Made by a program: the position numbers and the translations under genes. Under the pieces are notes generated by a model that worked only from the letters and a program-made list of their open reading frames with translations, searched no databases and was not told the origin of the DNA. Below are positions 23,238 to 36,873 of a stretch of 64,000 nt of DNA, one piece after another. The DNA is taken from the NCBI GenBank assembly GCA_043228905.1, contig JBHGNT010000014.1, forward strand, positions 19,406,001 through 19,470,000, in the 5' to 3' direction. Position 1 is the first letter of the stretch. Each line of letters opens with the position of its first letter. This DNA is from Azolla caroliniana (Eukaryota; Plantae; Polypodiophyta).

Positions 23238-25093
23238 ATCAATATAGTTAGTCAGTGAAGGCCAATAGAAATGGGCGGTGCCCACACTCCTAACTATCAT
23301 TAGCATTAGCATTAGCACTAGCATTGCATTTCGGGGGTAACATGTAGGTCACTTAAATGGCCAGATGGACACACTCCATGTTGATCGTTGAAACAACCTC
23401 ACACCCGTGTGATCATATGTTGGTAACCCATCGGGTCACACTAATTTGCCAAACAACCTCGACACTACTGCCACATTGGTAGGTTATATATATCGACCAC
23501 ACGATCCTCACATTGCCTCCACTCCTCCATTTAACACATGGTCTGGATGGCTGTCTCAAGTGCTTCAATGGCTTCTTATCAATACATTTATTGCCTCAAA
23601 TTGTTTCGAGACCCGAGGATTCCCATTTCTTTGGACTCAGAAGGTAGCAAGAGACATGAACATGTAACCCGTTTCTCTTGAGTGACGAAAAAGAGATCCA
23701 ACGAATTTGTGAAGCCCATAATAAAATCATTCGGTCATATTGTTTGTCAAACAGTTGTTATGTCCAACTACCTTTCATGTGTTAAATATTGATGGAAATG
23801 GCCAATCTCTTATGATTCAACGAAGCTAATGTTTGAAAATGAATTTCCGAATATTGATTTGAGTATTGTGTGAGATTCCTAGAGCTTTTGAGAACGACAT
23901 CCTACAGGGTTATCACAAATACAAATTAGATGCATTGATGTGTACTTTGTCGATGCATCTAATTTAGAGTAATGAACAACTTGAATTTCAATCATATGTT
24001 AATGCATCGACATTCGGAAAATTGGTGGTTCACCTAGGTCACCCATAGAACAATGTGGGAATAACCTTATCTTATCTTTTCTCAAAATACTCTTGGTGGT
24101 AAAGAGAACAAAAACTCAACATGCATTATCTCATGTATCGTAACTTTCCTCAACAACACTATCATTTGCGCACAATGAATGTTTGAAGAGTTGCATGGAA
24201 GTATATTAAAACTTTTGTAAAAGTTGGCAAAAATCCCCATCATTTTCTCGAATGTCAACGAATGGACAAGCTATTCCCTTCTTTCAAGATTCTCACAACT
24301 GTGTATTCCAATGGTTTCATGCAACAAGACTTGTGGGAGTTCTACATGACAAACTCATATATAAGAAATGGTACGTGTCAACGATTCATGAAATTGCAAA
24401 CTACTATCGTCACAAAGCCCTGACATTAGTACTACTTCACAAATAAAGCACACGATTACGAAATTAAATGAAGGATAAGGTGATTAGAGCACAGTCATCA
24501 AATAAATTTTAGTTCCAACTTCCAACAACATCAACAAACTTCAAATCTAGATTCTACAAATTGTTATGGGGCAACCATCCCAATCAAAAAGAAATGGGGA
24601 AATTCTAAGATAAGTGAAAGTTTTCCTTATCTCCCCAAATGTTCTCAAGTTTGTTTTTTTCATTCATTCAAAAAGTGTCATCAGTCAACTCTCAAAAAAG
24701 AGAAAAGGGGATGAAGTGACTATGTAATTGCTCAAAAGCATAGATGATTGAGAAAAAAGGGATGAATGCCCATATAATTGGCCAAATAGCACATACAATT
24801 GCTCTTTCGGGTTGGCGGATGACATCAACAAAATAGAGAGTAATTTACAAGTATTTTAGTCTATTCCTAAAAAAGGATTTCATGTGTCTATGGAACAACA
24901 CTTGTTACATCGACAAATGATATCAAACACAATGAAAAGACGTGTATAAATCTATGCATATAAGATTTGTGTGTGTACATAAGCACACTATTCAACACAT
25001 CCTAATCAAAGAGATATTCCTTTTTCATGCATCATCATGATATTGGAAATATGAACATAAAAAGACTAATACAAGTGTTACTTTTGCACAAGA

Positions 25094-25407
25094 AATCACC
25101 CAGGACTGATGCTACCTAATGTCTTTAAAACACATGCAAGTTGAAGCGTTCTTGATATGTATACATACACATACACACAAACACTAAATAATGCATTTTA
25201 AATTGTTCATTCTCGATGTATATAGATTCTATTCACTTAAGCATTTCAAAGAAAAACATGTGCTCAATGGTTAATGTATCTATTACCACAAGGTGTCTCT
25301 CACCCATGGTGACTTGGTTATCAATCACTAATGTCTCTCCCATCACTAATTTTATTGAAATTTGCATGTGTTTTAAAGACATTAGGTAGCATCAGTCTTG
25401 GGTGATT
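25094..25407. mobile_element. MITE-like inverted repeat (46-bp arms, 1 mismatch)
   Basis: aatcacccaggactgatgctacctaatgtctttaaaacacatgcaa at 25094-25139 is inverted at 25362-25407. No clear TSD was seen. Confidence 0.6.
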
Positions 25408-26148
25408 AGGATCCAAGACAATTGACTTGCTTCTAATAGTAAAAAATAGCTTCTCCTAAACAAGGTGGTCAATAGGATTGTTGAGTAACACGTTTGCTTA
25501 ACCTTTTTGCGCCCTTGAGTAATTGAAAATTTTAAAAAATTGTGCCCAACAAGTTTTGTCAATTAAGAACTCAAGCATTTTGGAAGCATGTGAACTTCTT
25601 GAGACCATTGTAGACAATGATCTAGTGGGCAGAGCACTCCAAGAAGTTATGCCACTACTCAAAAGAATTGACATTAGCCGAAATCTATTTGTCATGGATT
25701 TCGTAATTCATTTCTATAGCTTGGAATTTTCTATAAGGAACAATGATTGGATGCAACTCATCGACCACCAATCTATGACAAGACAGTTCTAAGTGCTAAA
25801 TCAAATGGGTAAACCTCCATTATGAAGTGTTTGTGTACTTAAACATGGACTAAAATGAAGGTAGATGTGAAGATACAAATGCCACTTCAAACTATCAAAT
25901 GCCTCTCTTGCACTTGAAATCCATGTTAAGATTTGGTATATACGCTATGACTTGTGTGAGCATCAACATGGCTTTCAAAAATTCTTGATAAACTGTAGTA
26001 GAAGCAAGAGCATCGCAAGAATCATTGCATACTGCACATGAATCATTGAACCTTTTAGAGGATCCATTAAGCTACCTTTTGGAGAGCCTACATATCTCAA
26101 GAATTCCACTTGATTGCAAATGAAACTCATCACATTCTTTTCTATCAA

Positions 26149-26636
26149 TTTTTTTTTTTCCCGAAAAAAAGGATACTACATTAGTATTAGAAATTGCGAT
26201 AAGACTATACATACAAGATATATCACAGATCCCCTTTTTTCTAAATTCTAATCATCGGCTTAAATAAATACTTTGGTGCAGAGTAAAACCACTCCACCTT
26301 ATCAGAAAGCCGCCTATAAAATATACCTATGTCCCAGATGACATTAAACCCCAATCGCTTAAGCTCCACTTCTTGCGTATTACCTTTTATACTATCCAAC
26401 AAACCTTTCAGATTATGCATAATCTCTGTCCAAATCCCAGAAATTATTTGGGTAGGTATTTTAGTCACATTTTGAAATACCTTCAAACATCGAGCCTTCC
26501 AAATATACCAAATTGTAATACTACTTACTGATTGCCATATTTGAGGTTTATTAGTCTCAATTTGTGGATTCAAAGGTATCAATTTTTTTTCCCATCAAAC
26601 CATGTCTCATTACAATAGCATCTGCAACCTACTATG
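26149..26636 (-). mobile_element. 5'-truncated LINE (L1-type) 3' end with poly(A) and 14-bp TSD
   Basis: The ORF remnant WQSVSSITIWYIWKARCLKVFQN matches the WxIWxxRxxxxF motif at the end of plant LINE ORF2. T-run at 26149-26159; TSD ttcttttctatcaa at 26135-26148 and 26637-26650. Confidence 0.85.
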
Positions 26637-28031
26637 TTCTTTTCTATCAAAATTATACTAGGATATGGAACAAAATAGGGAATGTACATTTTTAAGGTTG
26701 GAAGTCCTTGCATTTCTACAAAAAACCAGCATGATTCTCTAAATGGATCAATAAATGTTGATGTTGAAATTAGTATTGCATATAGGCAAAAAGTACATTG
26801 TTTTTGCAAAAGCTATGCTCCGTCTTCATATATGGATCAATTCACCATCCCTCTTTGTATATGGGTCAATACATTAGTTTTCTTTGCATATATTGATATA
26901 GATATCAATGTACCTAGTTGATGCAAAAAGCAATATCCCTCTTGGTATGGCATGTGAGCAAAACCTATATCATTTGTACAAACCTGTCACCCCTCTTTGT
27001 ATATAGACCTATATTATCTTCCATATTCACACCAGAGGTGTCGATGTAGAACTACGTGCATGATGGCCTTTGAAGATGTATTAATATATGTTGACCCAAA
27101 TGTTAAACTTCAAGTCATGCCATGTGGCCTAAAAACACATACTTTCTACATAAACACTCACCCCTTACTCATGGAATAATATATGTCAATGTTGTTGACC
27201 CTTGTTCATTAGCAAAAAGGCACTATGTTTATATAGAAACTTAGATTCCTCAATGTAGAGGCACAACGTAAGCATAAAAAAACTAAAAAGTAATTGCTCT
27301 TTTTTGAAATATGCTAGGTTTTGTTCATGTCACTCAAACCCAAAGACACAGATTGACGATAATAAGGAATAACCTCCATAAACTCATCCCGCCACTTTGC
27401 TAGATGATTATATATCAGATCTTGAGGAAATTTATTTCACATCATATATATATGTGATACATGCAACAATGTTTGGAGTCTTATAAGTGTATCATCACCA
27501 TGAACTTCAAAGGCTCACAACCGACCATTATGCATTGAGCATCCACATTAGATTAGAGATTGCACCATCATTCTATGATTGTGGCATGCCATAGTGAGAC
27601 AACAGACCTCAAGAAGACATTTTTAGCTTCAGTAAAGAAGATAGGTTGTAAAATTGATGGTAACGTTACTTAGCTGCTGTTTTGATATAGTCAAGATTCT
27701 GCTATTTCGATATAATCAAGATTCAATGCAAGTTACAGAAGCATTGATTGATGGAGGTACAAACTCTCTTGCTCCCTTTTTGACACATATACCCAATACT
27801 TGTTGGGTAGTTACTGGAATATGCATTACCAAAATGTTACCAAAACATCTGCTGAAAATATCAGGTATTCCGTGTGTTCGTGTTGTTTTTCTCTTTCTAT
27901 TTTTCTTGTAACGTGGGCCTTGAATTATTGGGTACAACGAAACTTTCAATCTCTGGAGATGTGCCCCAAGATACTGGTATTATATTACCAAAGAGGTTGG
28001 AGGAAATGCACAAAAAGGTGCAGCATAGTCT

Positions 28032-30512
28032 TTATTGAGAGAGAATTGATCTGTTCTTGGCCTTTTGCTGGGCTACCGCAACAACATATGCATTCCAAGC
28101 ACTCTGTTGATGAAAAGCTGTGGTTTCTTCATATTTAGAATTGTTTTCCCAAATGTCATCATTGTCTTTCGCATTGTCCAAGGCATGCATATCCCGTAGC
28201 CAAAAATGAATTGAATCAAATCCTGCTTCTTCCAGACATTCTCGAACTTCAGGCAAGCTCCACCTGACCAAGAGAGACGTTTTGGTAATTTAGAACAGCA
28301 AAAAATGTAGCAATATGAAACTTAGATAGGAACCGTAACTAGGTTCTCAAAAGTTTTATCAGAATACACAAATTTTACTGCTGAGGGGTGTTTGCATAGT
28401 AGATAAGTTTTAGTGCTACTAAGGGAGATGGGATGATATAGGTTTGGATTGGGATGACATATTGACTTGGATTCAAAAAATAATCATTACACTAAAGGAA
28501 AATAAAAAGACAGGAAATTTACATTCGCCAATGATAGGAGAATGCGTGTCGGAGCGTATTCTTGTTGTTCAGCTGGAAATGCAGGCTTATCTTGGTCATT
28601 CGAGTGAGAACATCAAACGCTTCTTGTTCCCATATATACTGGCCACAATACAAAGTTTATATTATCGATTAAATTTAGATAAAAAAGCATCTCTATCTGA
28701 GTTGTTCTAGTGGTTTAAGACATTGCTGTCAGGCATAAGCCAGGAGTTCAAGTTTCACCCCTGCCCTCAGCCCGTACAAATAAGTTCTCATTAAGAGAAA
28801 AATAAGTATTCCTACAATGTTGCATTAAAGAAAGAAAAAGCAAATGCATAAAAAAGCAAGTGTACAATATTGTAATAAGAGAAAAATGAACATGTCTATA
28901 ACATTATAATAACAGAAAACCATGCTTATAAGGTTGCATTAAGAAAGCAAGAAAAAAAACTTTCAATCAACTTTTGTAAGAAAAGCATGAAAGCATGTCG
29001 ATAATGTTTGTATGGAGAGAAAAATCGAATGCATATCTACAATGGCTATAAATAAAATAAACTTACAGTGAAACCCGAGAAACGTCTCCTCAATTTCAAG
29101 GGCAGTTCAGAAGATATCCCACCATATAGATCCATTGCGAATATCCCACCCTTGTTGGACAAACTATCACGAGCATGTTTGAAGTAGGAAACGAGATCCG
29201 AACGTTTGTGAAGACAACAACAACTATAGTTGAATGCACACACTATATCCACGGAAGGCCAAGGCTCACTTTGTTCATCCATTCCATCACCGTCCTTGAT
29301 GATGTTACCTTCACACCATAACCTCTTTTAGTGTGAATGTCCACATTAGTATTTCAATATGATTATATTGTAGACAAATACTAAATGTTTTTAGAGCTCT
29401 AATGCCACATATAATCGAATATATTTTAATTCTGGTTTTTTACCTATGGACGTTGAAGTAATGAGCTTCGCAGAAGACAATGGTTTAAGCACGTTACCAC
29501 TCCAGAGACGAACTCTACTACAAGAGTCACCTCCAAGCTTTTGAAAATTGTTGCATAATCCCCATGTGAGAGCCTCTTCATCAAGATCCAATCCAGTTGC
29601 AACACGTTGAATCCCGCCTTTTAGCCATTCCGAACTGGATGAAACTCAATTTTTTAAAAATAAAATAAAAAAAACAAATCCTTTCAATAAGTTCTAAAAA
29701 AGGTTGTATTGCTTTTAAACTAAACAAGTGACAATTTATAAGCTTTCAGAAAGATAAATTGAGAAGTGATATGAAAAGAGACCATATCAAAGCTGTGCCA
29801 CAAAAATCTTCTCTTAAATGGATCGGAGATCGACCACCGATGTACGTAAGGAAGAACTTCTGAAGGTAACTTATGTCGCCCTTGGGAGACTGAAAAAACG
29901 AAAGACATGAGAAAGATGACACCAAAATAGTTGAAAAGACTCGATAGAAATGTCTACTGTTCATGATCAGTCATTCTAGTGTGTAATCTAGAGTTCTGTT
30001 CGTCTTTCAATGGGTATCTATGCATATAACGAATGCCTCAGTATCACCACGTACAAAATCCTCATTTCTGGTAATCATGGGGAATGAAGAGATGCATTGA
30101 AAATCCCAGGAAATGACTAGCTTTAAGACATTTATTTCTGTTCTTCGTAGTTGCTACACATGGTCATACATAATATGTACATATATACAATGCACGCTTG
30201 CATGAGCGAGTGATGATTGTGTTTCCTCATCTAAAACTGAGAGTTACCAGCACAAACGCGTAAAATGTGAGAGCAAAGCAGAGCAGGCCCGACCTGAACA
30301 GAGAGCTGATAGAGGTGAAACTTGTTAGTTCCATCCAGATGAAGATGGTTATTTGGGTTTCCTTCTTCTTCTTCTTCTTCATCTTCTAGTGAGAGCGCAG
30401 AGTAATCATTAGGATCGAAAGCAGAAGAAGGCATGGAATCTTCTCCTTCTTCGTCTTCATCTTGCTGATGACGTCGACCACGCCGTTGTGGCCTCTGTTT
30501 TCCCTTCCCCAT
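28032..30512 (-). CDS. Conserved SAM-dependent methyltransferase-like protein, 6 exons
   Basis: Approximate exons 30512-30294, 29889-29783, 29634-29444, 29308-29067, 28638-28523 and 28263-28032, with GT-AG borders. Peptides: KFHLYQLSVQSPKGDISYLQKFF, EDFCGTAL (motif I-like), GLDLDEEALTWG, DIVCAFNYSCCCLH, GGIFAMDLYGG, YIWEQEAFD, WSLPEVRECLEEAGF. Confidence 0.85.
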
Positions 30513-30516
30513 ACGA

Positions 30517-30547
<31 letters not shown>

Positions 30548-33289
30548 CACAAAAACACACACAATTACTAGACACTCTCTGTTTCCTAGGTTTCCTTAGA
30601 CCTTATCGACGACTAGACTTTTCTTGACCTTAAATATGTATGTAGTAGGGCATCATTTTGGCAGAAATGGCAGAACACGCCTATGGTGACACTAGTAGGA
30701 AGTGGCCCGAGGTGGAACTACCAACCCCCACGTTGGCTGTTTCCGGCTCACTTACCACCCTCCCTCTGTTGTCGGCCCCAAGAGTTGTCTCGTACTAGTC
30801 ATCAGTACAGGGCATTGTTTTAGCTGTTGGTACTTACACTAAGTAGTCCGTCCGAAAGGCGTTGTAACTAGTCTCGATTTCTAGGACTTGAGCGGAGGGG
30901 GATTCCCCGTTCTATGCTTAAGCCTCCATTTACAGTCTCTTTGTAATAATCTTACCTAACTAATGGGAAAGTAGCTTCATTTTGGAAAAAAAAAGAAAGT
31001 ATGCTTTTCATATTACCTTCTATCATCAAGTTTCTTCTTCGTGTGTGGTGTCCGTCTAACTAAATTCATCACACGATGATTATGAAGGAAATCAACCAGC
31101 CAATGCTTGTGGAAGTTTTTGTTTAGTTGTAAGCGCATACACTTGATAAAAACTACCAGTGAATACATATGCCAATATCTATGGGTGTTTGGAGGATAGG
31201 TTTCCCCTTGGTACCACGGTCCACCATTGTGAACACGTATATACATACATACCCATGACACACACCCTAGTAGGAGTTGTGCTTATTCTCTTAAAGGTTA
31301 AGGAACACCAAATCTATGACTTGATGTGATGATTGTTTTGCAGGTATGGGCAAAGATCAAGGGTGTCACAACTTTGTCTCCTAACCTACGATGGCAATCT
31401 AGTATTGTCTAGTAATCTACTCATATAGTTAATCTATTGTGAAATCCCCACAATCGAGTTTACAATGCACCTTTTATGATTCAACTTGTTACAATAATTC
31501 CTATAATCTACATTTAACTTTTACATTGATTATTTTCAAACCCAAATCATTACAAAAGTACTCTATATAAACAATGCCACATATGTTGTGAAGCACACAT
31601 GGTCAATTTTGCAAGAGTATATACATTGAAGTTTGAACATCAATTGCTTCTATAGGCAAAAAGAAAAGGAAGCTACTATGAAGGGTTATCACACCACAAT
31701 TTCGAATCCAATTCTTATATCACCTTGAAAATACCTTATATAATATTACAATGGATTATAGACATAATGTAAACAAGAACTACTCTTATTGCCACATCAC
31801 TCTATACAATGGCCATTCTAATGTCATCTAGCTACATTCATGTTCTGCACGAAATACAAAACTTTTGGATATGATCATCATTGTCATTAACTTGAAGTTA
31901 CAAGAACTCTAACAGGGCAAATCTAATGAATTGCACATTGTTCGGAACATAAATATTCTCCATAAGTGTGCATAGTTATATATAGTCAATTAGTTAAATC
32001 TATCAAATGCAAAGGGCATACAAGACAAACTTGCAATTGAATGCCATCACTATCCCTTGAGGCTTGCCATGTAGAAATATACACATCCATCTAGGAGCCC
32101 TTTCTACACACGTCTATTGATGATAACCCTTGGTGATGTGCAATGGGTCAACTACATATCAATACATATATGGAGCCCTAAATGTGTTATTTTGTCCTGA
32201 ACATATGCAATGCAAAAGTTCCCTTTCAAATGTGCTTGAATGTATTACTTTATTATTGGATTTGGAACATAAGCATAAACGCAACCATCTATATGCACAA
32301 ACACACTAGCATACAAGACTATCCATGAAGCATAGTCTACGGATACAAGACAACATGAGATTTAGGATCAAACACTCTAATCGGCTAAACAAGAACAAAT
32401 TTGGATGCACCTCTATATAAAATTTAAAATCAAATTACTTCATATAAAATCAATGAAAGAGAAAATGGATCAAAAGGCATTAAAAACGATCCAAAATTCC
32501 ACCTCAATTGGAATATATTTTTTCTACTATTGGAAGGGTGAGACTTGAAAGTCTGTAAGACTAAAATACAATAAAGAAATATTCACGATTGAATTTATAA
32601 ATCTTTTCATGTTCGATAAGCTAGAGTTGTTTGTGGAGGATTGTGATAAAAACTCAAATGATCTGGTTAAGATAATAGAGAGACACATTCAAATGTGTCT
32701 ATCTAGTAATGTTGTGTGGAGAGTATGTTCAACTCAAATAATCCAATTAATATAATCTGCATAATGAACAAACTTATTGGCACCTTAACCTTACGTATTT
32801 AAGCATAGATACGTCTTCAAAAAGTTAGAAACTATGTTTTGCTTAACGAAAGATTAACTTGCTTATCAATAGTGAAAATCTATAGTTCCTGCAAAATCTA
32901 TAGTTGATTTTAATTAAAAGGGCTATATTTGCGAATATTTCCTTGGAAAGTAAATAAAGATCTTGTTTGGTGACTGGTCCAAATGGGTGTCTCAAAATTA
33001 TGAAACCATACACAACAAAAGAATGTAACCAGCATTTCAAACAGAGTTAAGCATACAATCATCTCTATGATCTCTAACGTTTAGCAGTCTCTTTATAGTC
33101 GTAAGTGACTATCTCAAGATCATCAAGAATGAGGCCCAAAAAGGATGATAAATTGAACATAACTTACATACAACACATGAATCTTCACAAAATTGAGGGG
33201 AACTTGGCCTTGTGTAGTATTTCCTTTGAAATTCCACTAGCCACATAATGGAAGATATTGAATGCATTGCCACTCCACATATTAACACT

Positions 33290-36200
33290 TTACATTTTTG
33301 CTTTTGCAAACATGACCCCAGCAAAAAGACCTGCAAAACATTTCGTGCTTACCGAAATATATGCTTACTGAAAAAAACTTTACATTTTAAAAAGAATGTG
33401 ATTTTAAACTATATATGCTTACCGAAAAGTATACTGAACAGATTGGTCAAACTGATAGGAACATTGAAGAGGAGAATGCCAGCAATCGCAATCGGGATCT
33501 TGTTTAAAGACCCTACCAAACTACAATAATAATCACATTACTCTCTCTCTCTCTATGGTGTAAGAACTTAATTTGAAACAGTTCTGCATGATGTTGAAAG
33601 ATGGAATGCTGACTAATCACAAAAACAAAACTTAGTGAATAGCCAACAAATCCTTGGTTGTTAATTTGTATTGAGGCTTGAATTATTTCTCCTGAAATAG
33701 TAATCTGTTTATGGAACAGTCTGAATACTATCATTCTCTACCCTTTGAAGCACTAGTATGGCTGTGCATTGCAGAAATTCAGTGTTTTTCTTATTCAAGA
33801 TCCTAATCACTCCAAGTTGTTTCCTAGGAGAACTTACCACCATCCCTTCCTGTATGAACAGGTTACAGGTTAATGAGGAAGTTACTGACGACCTACTGAA
33901 TTATTGTATCAGGCGCGTTCTTTTACTGTGAGCGAGCATGGAAATCTAGGCAAAAATTGGTGAAGAGGGAGACTAAAGGGCCATCCAAGAACTTTAAAAT
34001 TTGAGAAGCAAACTATATACACAGAGACATTCGCTTTCTCAAAGTTCATGAGCAATATGTCCATTTGTGAGCTTTCCAAAGGTAGAGTAAAGAGTACAAA
34101 ATAGAAACCTGTCGATGCCAAAATTTACCTCAAAAAAACATATAAAGTTTCTTTTCTTTTCTTTCTATCTTCCAGAAGAGCCAATTTGATACTGTGAAAT
34201 ATGAATATGTATCAAACGCATACCTATAAGTAGTTGGACCAGTTTGCCGTAAGAACCACATGGATGTAAAACTGATGCCAAGTCCCACAAATCCACTTAC
34301 TATTGTTACGAACCAAAACATTGGAAGTCTAACAACAGGACTGTTTCCTCAAGAAAATCAATCAGGACAATGCATTAGAACCTATACATGCATCCTACAA
34401 GTAAACTCTCCCGTATAACAATAAAATATCTTAAATATACTCACGATGTAGAAAGATATCGCATCTCATCAAACATCAAGGCTAAAAGAAGTCCAAATGG
34501 CAATGACAAAGCATTATTGAGCAGGACCATCGAATACTCATTCAAATTTCCAGATTTTGTTGCCCCTTTTGCTACGTCCATAACTTTCCTGAGCGTTAAC
34601 TGTATGGACAAAAGTAATTTGTTTTTTTCTGGATGACAACTTTTGAAAACAGACTAGAAAAATATCATTCAGTTCATATGAGAAGCATGTTGAGAATTCC
34701 TTACCGAATATGCTGCTGTTAGAAAACAATTTACGATCTGCCATGCATAGCCAATGCCACTAAAAGACATGTCACTTAGACCTCCACAAACAGCAGAGAT
34801 AAGCTACAAAATATCATAAGATCCTAATTATTATCAAAGAAACAAGAGTTTATCAATTTACATTCAAATATGAGACAATACCATTAGCAAGAGGGAGGTC
34901 CAAACTTTCGAGTTGTGTTTCTTATTAAAAAAGTAAGCTTCTCCCACTGCTGTAATTATGTTTGCTGTGTTTTTCATAATCGTGAGCATAGCAATATTCA
35001 TGTACTTCAAACTGCAAAAAGTAACTGACTTTTTGAAATGGAGACATTGTTAAAATGATAATACCAAAGCCCATTTACCAAATCATACCTTAAAATACTT
35101 GAAATCAGCATTCCAATAAAGATAATGTTGACTGGGAGCCAAACAATCACAAGTTTTAACGTCAACGGTTCAGTTGTGATGTATCCAAAAGCCTTTAAAG
35201 CACAGACAATCAATACACACACCAAATTCTGTATTGAAACAAAACGCAAGGAACATTAGGAGGAATTGCTTGCATGTGCATGGCCAGGAAGGCATGGCTA
35301 TGGCCCTAAACCCTAAGGAACACACACTAACCATACTGTAAAAACAATGTCATGAGATCCTAGTATATTTATATTCGTTCTATTCTAAGGGGACATTTCA
35401 GTAGAAAATATTTTAAAAGTTATTTCAAAAATAAAAATATATAATTTGGATCTCATGTTAAATCAATTGAAGATAACAATTACAAACTACTTATTTTCGT
35501 TTTTCCTTTACATAACCGAAAGCCTAGTTAGCTCATTGGATTCCACCGAAAAGCTTAACTATTTGATGAGACTGCGGCAATGTTTAGAAAAATAGTGGCA
35601 CTTAGCAGGTAGATTGCCAGGTCCTTTTTCAGATCGGCACAAAGTAAGAAAGGGTTTTGTTTCAAATCCACTTTTAAGTTGTTTATATAAATCTGGTATA
35701 AATCCATTTGATTACTTACAACCATATTCATCAAAAGTTAACTTTAAAATTTATGGCAAATATAACCGAAATGCCTATGTAATTAGTAGTTTGCTATGGT
35801 GAGGGAATCTTTGCTAATTAAGTTTTCCTTTGTTTTTTTCTCCAATGCCCCTGAGTTCCTGTCATTTCCCCAAATACTCACGGTAAATCCCCCACCGAAG
35901 AGAAAAAAGGGATGAACTGATCATATATTTGCTCAAATAGCACATTGATTGCTCTTTCAGTAATAGATCCAAGGCATTCTGGGAATTAAAGGATAATGAG
36001 GGGTTTGTTACGAGATTCTGAATTAATTTAATTGCAAAGCATAGGTAGAAGACACTGATAACTGGTAAGCAGAAAAAACTAGCAAACCTGAAAGCACATA
36101 AATGATATCCCTGCTCCAAAGTTATATCCAGATAAGGCCAACTTGTTAAGGAGAACCATGCTACATGAACATAAACAATAAGCAACTCCTGCTATAATTG

Positions 36201-36873
36201 CCTCCCTGTTCCTTCTCCGGTCCTCATATACAACGTTTGCTTTCTCATCTTGCAACGCATCTTTAGTTTTCTCCAAAAGCAACCTATAAAACAAAGCAAC
36301 AGCGAATTAATGAAAACTTCACATAATACTTGACAAACAAATAATCAGCTTTGCACAAAGGTTTGATGTTAACACCATCATCATAAGCGAACTTAAAACT
36401 TCATGAAATAATTTTGAAAAAGCAATGCTCAAGTTTTATTTTACTAGTTCCACAGTCTTTATTTTCTACATATACGCCTAAAAGTTCATATACTAAGTAT
36501 TCAGGAGAAAAAAAACATACATTTTCCCTACAGTAAGAAGATTTCACAGAAACGATTCTATAATTTTAGAATGCAGAAAGAGAACATATTGCGTTGTCTT
36601 TTCTTTTCTGCATTCAACAATGAAGTTCATCAACTAGGTATGCAAGAGAAAAACATACATTTTTCATGGCTTTGAAATGCAGAAAGAGAGCGCGTCTTTT
36701 ATTGACTTTAACGATTCCATGGCCTTGGCACACAGAAAAACGAGCATATGTCGCTGTCTTTTCTTTTTAAAGTTTCAAGAAAAGAATGTTTACCTGGTAT
36801 CTTTCAGGAAAGGGTCTTGCTTCTCTTCATCTTCTAGGTGATGATTGTGGATGCCATTAGCAGAATGAGCCAT
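33290..36873 (-). CDS. Golgi GDP-mannose / nucleotide-sugar transporter (GONST1/2-like), ~9 exons
   Basis: Exon peptides GVAYCLCSCSMVLLNK, VWLPVNIIFIGML, LKYMNIAMLTIMKNTANIITAVGE, LTLRKVMD...SMVLLNNALSLP, ISFTSMWFLRQTGPTTYSLVGSLNKIP (GxLNK GDP-sugar motif) and AGVMFAKAKM*. Confidence 0.9.

Noticed and set aside
22731-23324. ORFs of MYVC/HTYI repeats (also 4130-4514)
   Set aside because: Translations of TATG/TG microsatellites.
30740-30830. Possible hammerhead ribozyme (CTGATGA on the minus strand)
   Set aside because: No stem II closed by GAAA and no consistent stems I/III could be built; the next motif is GAGAC.
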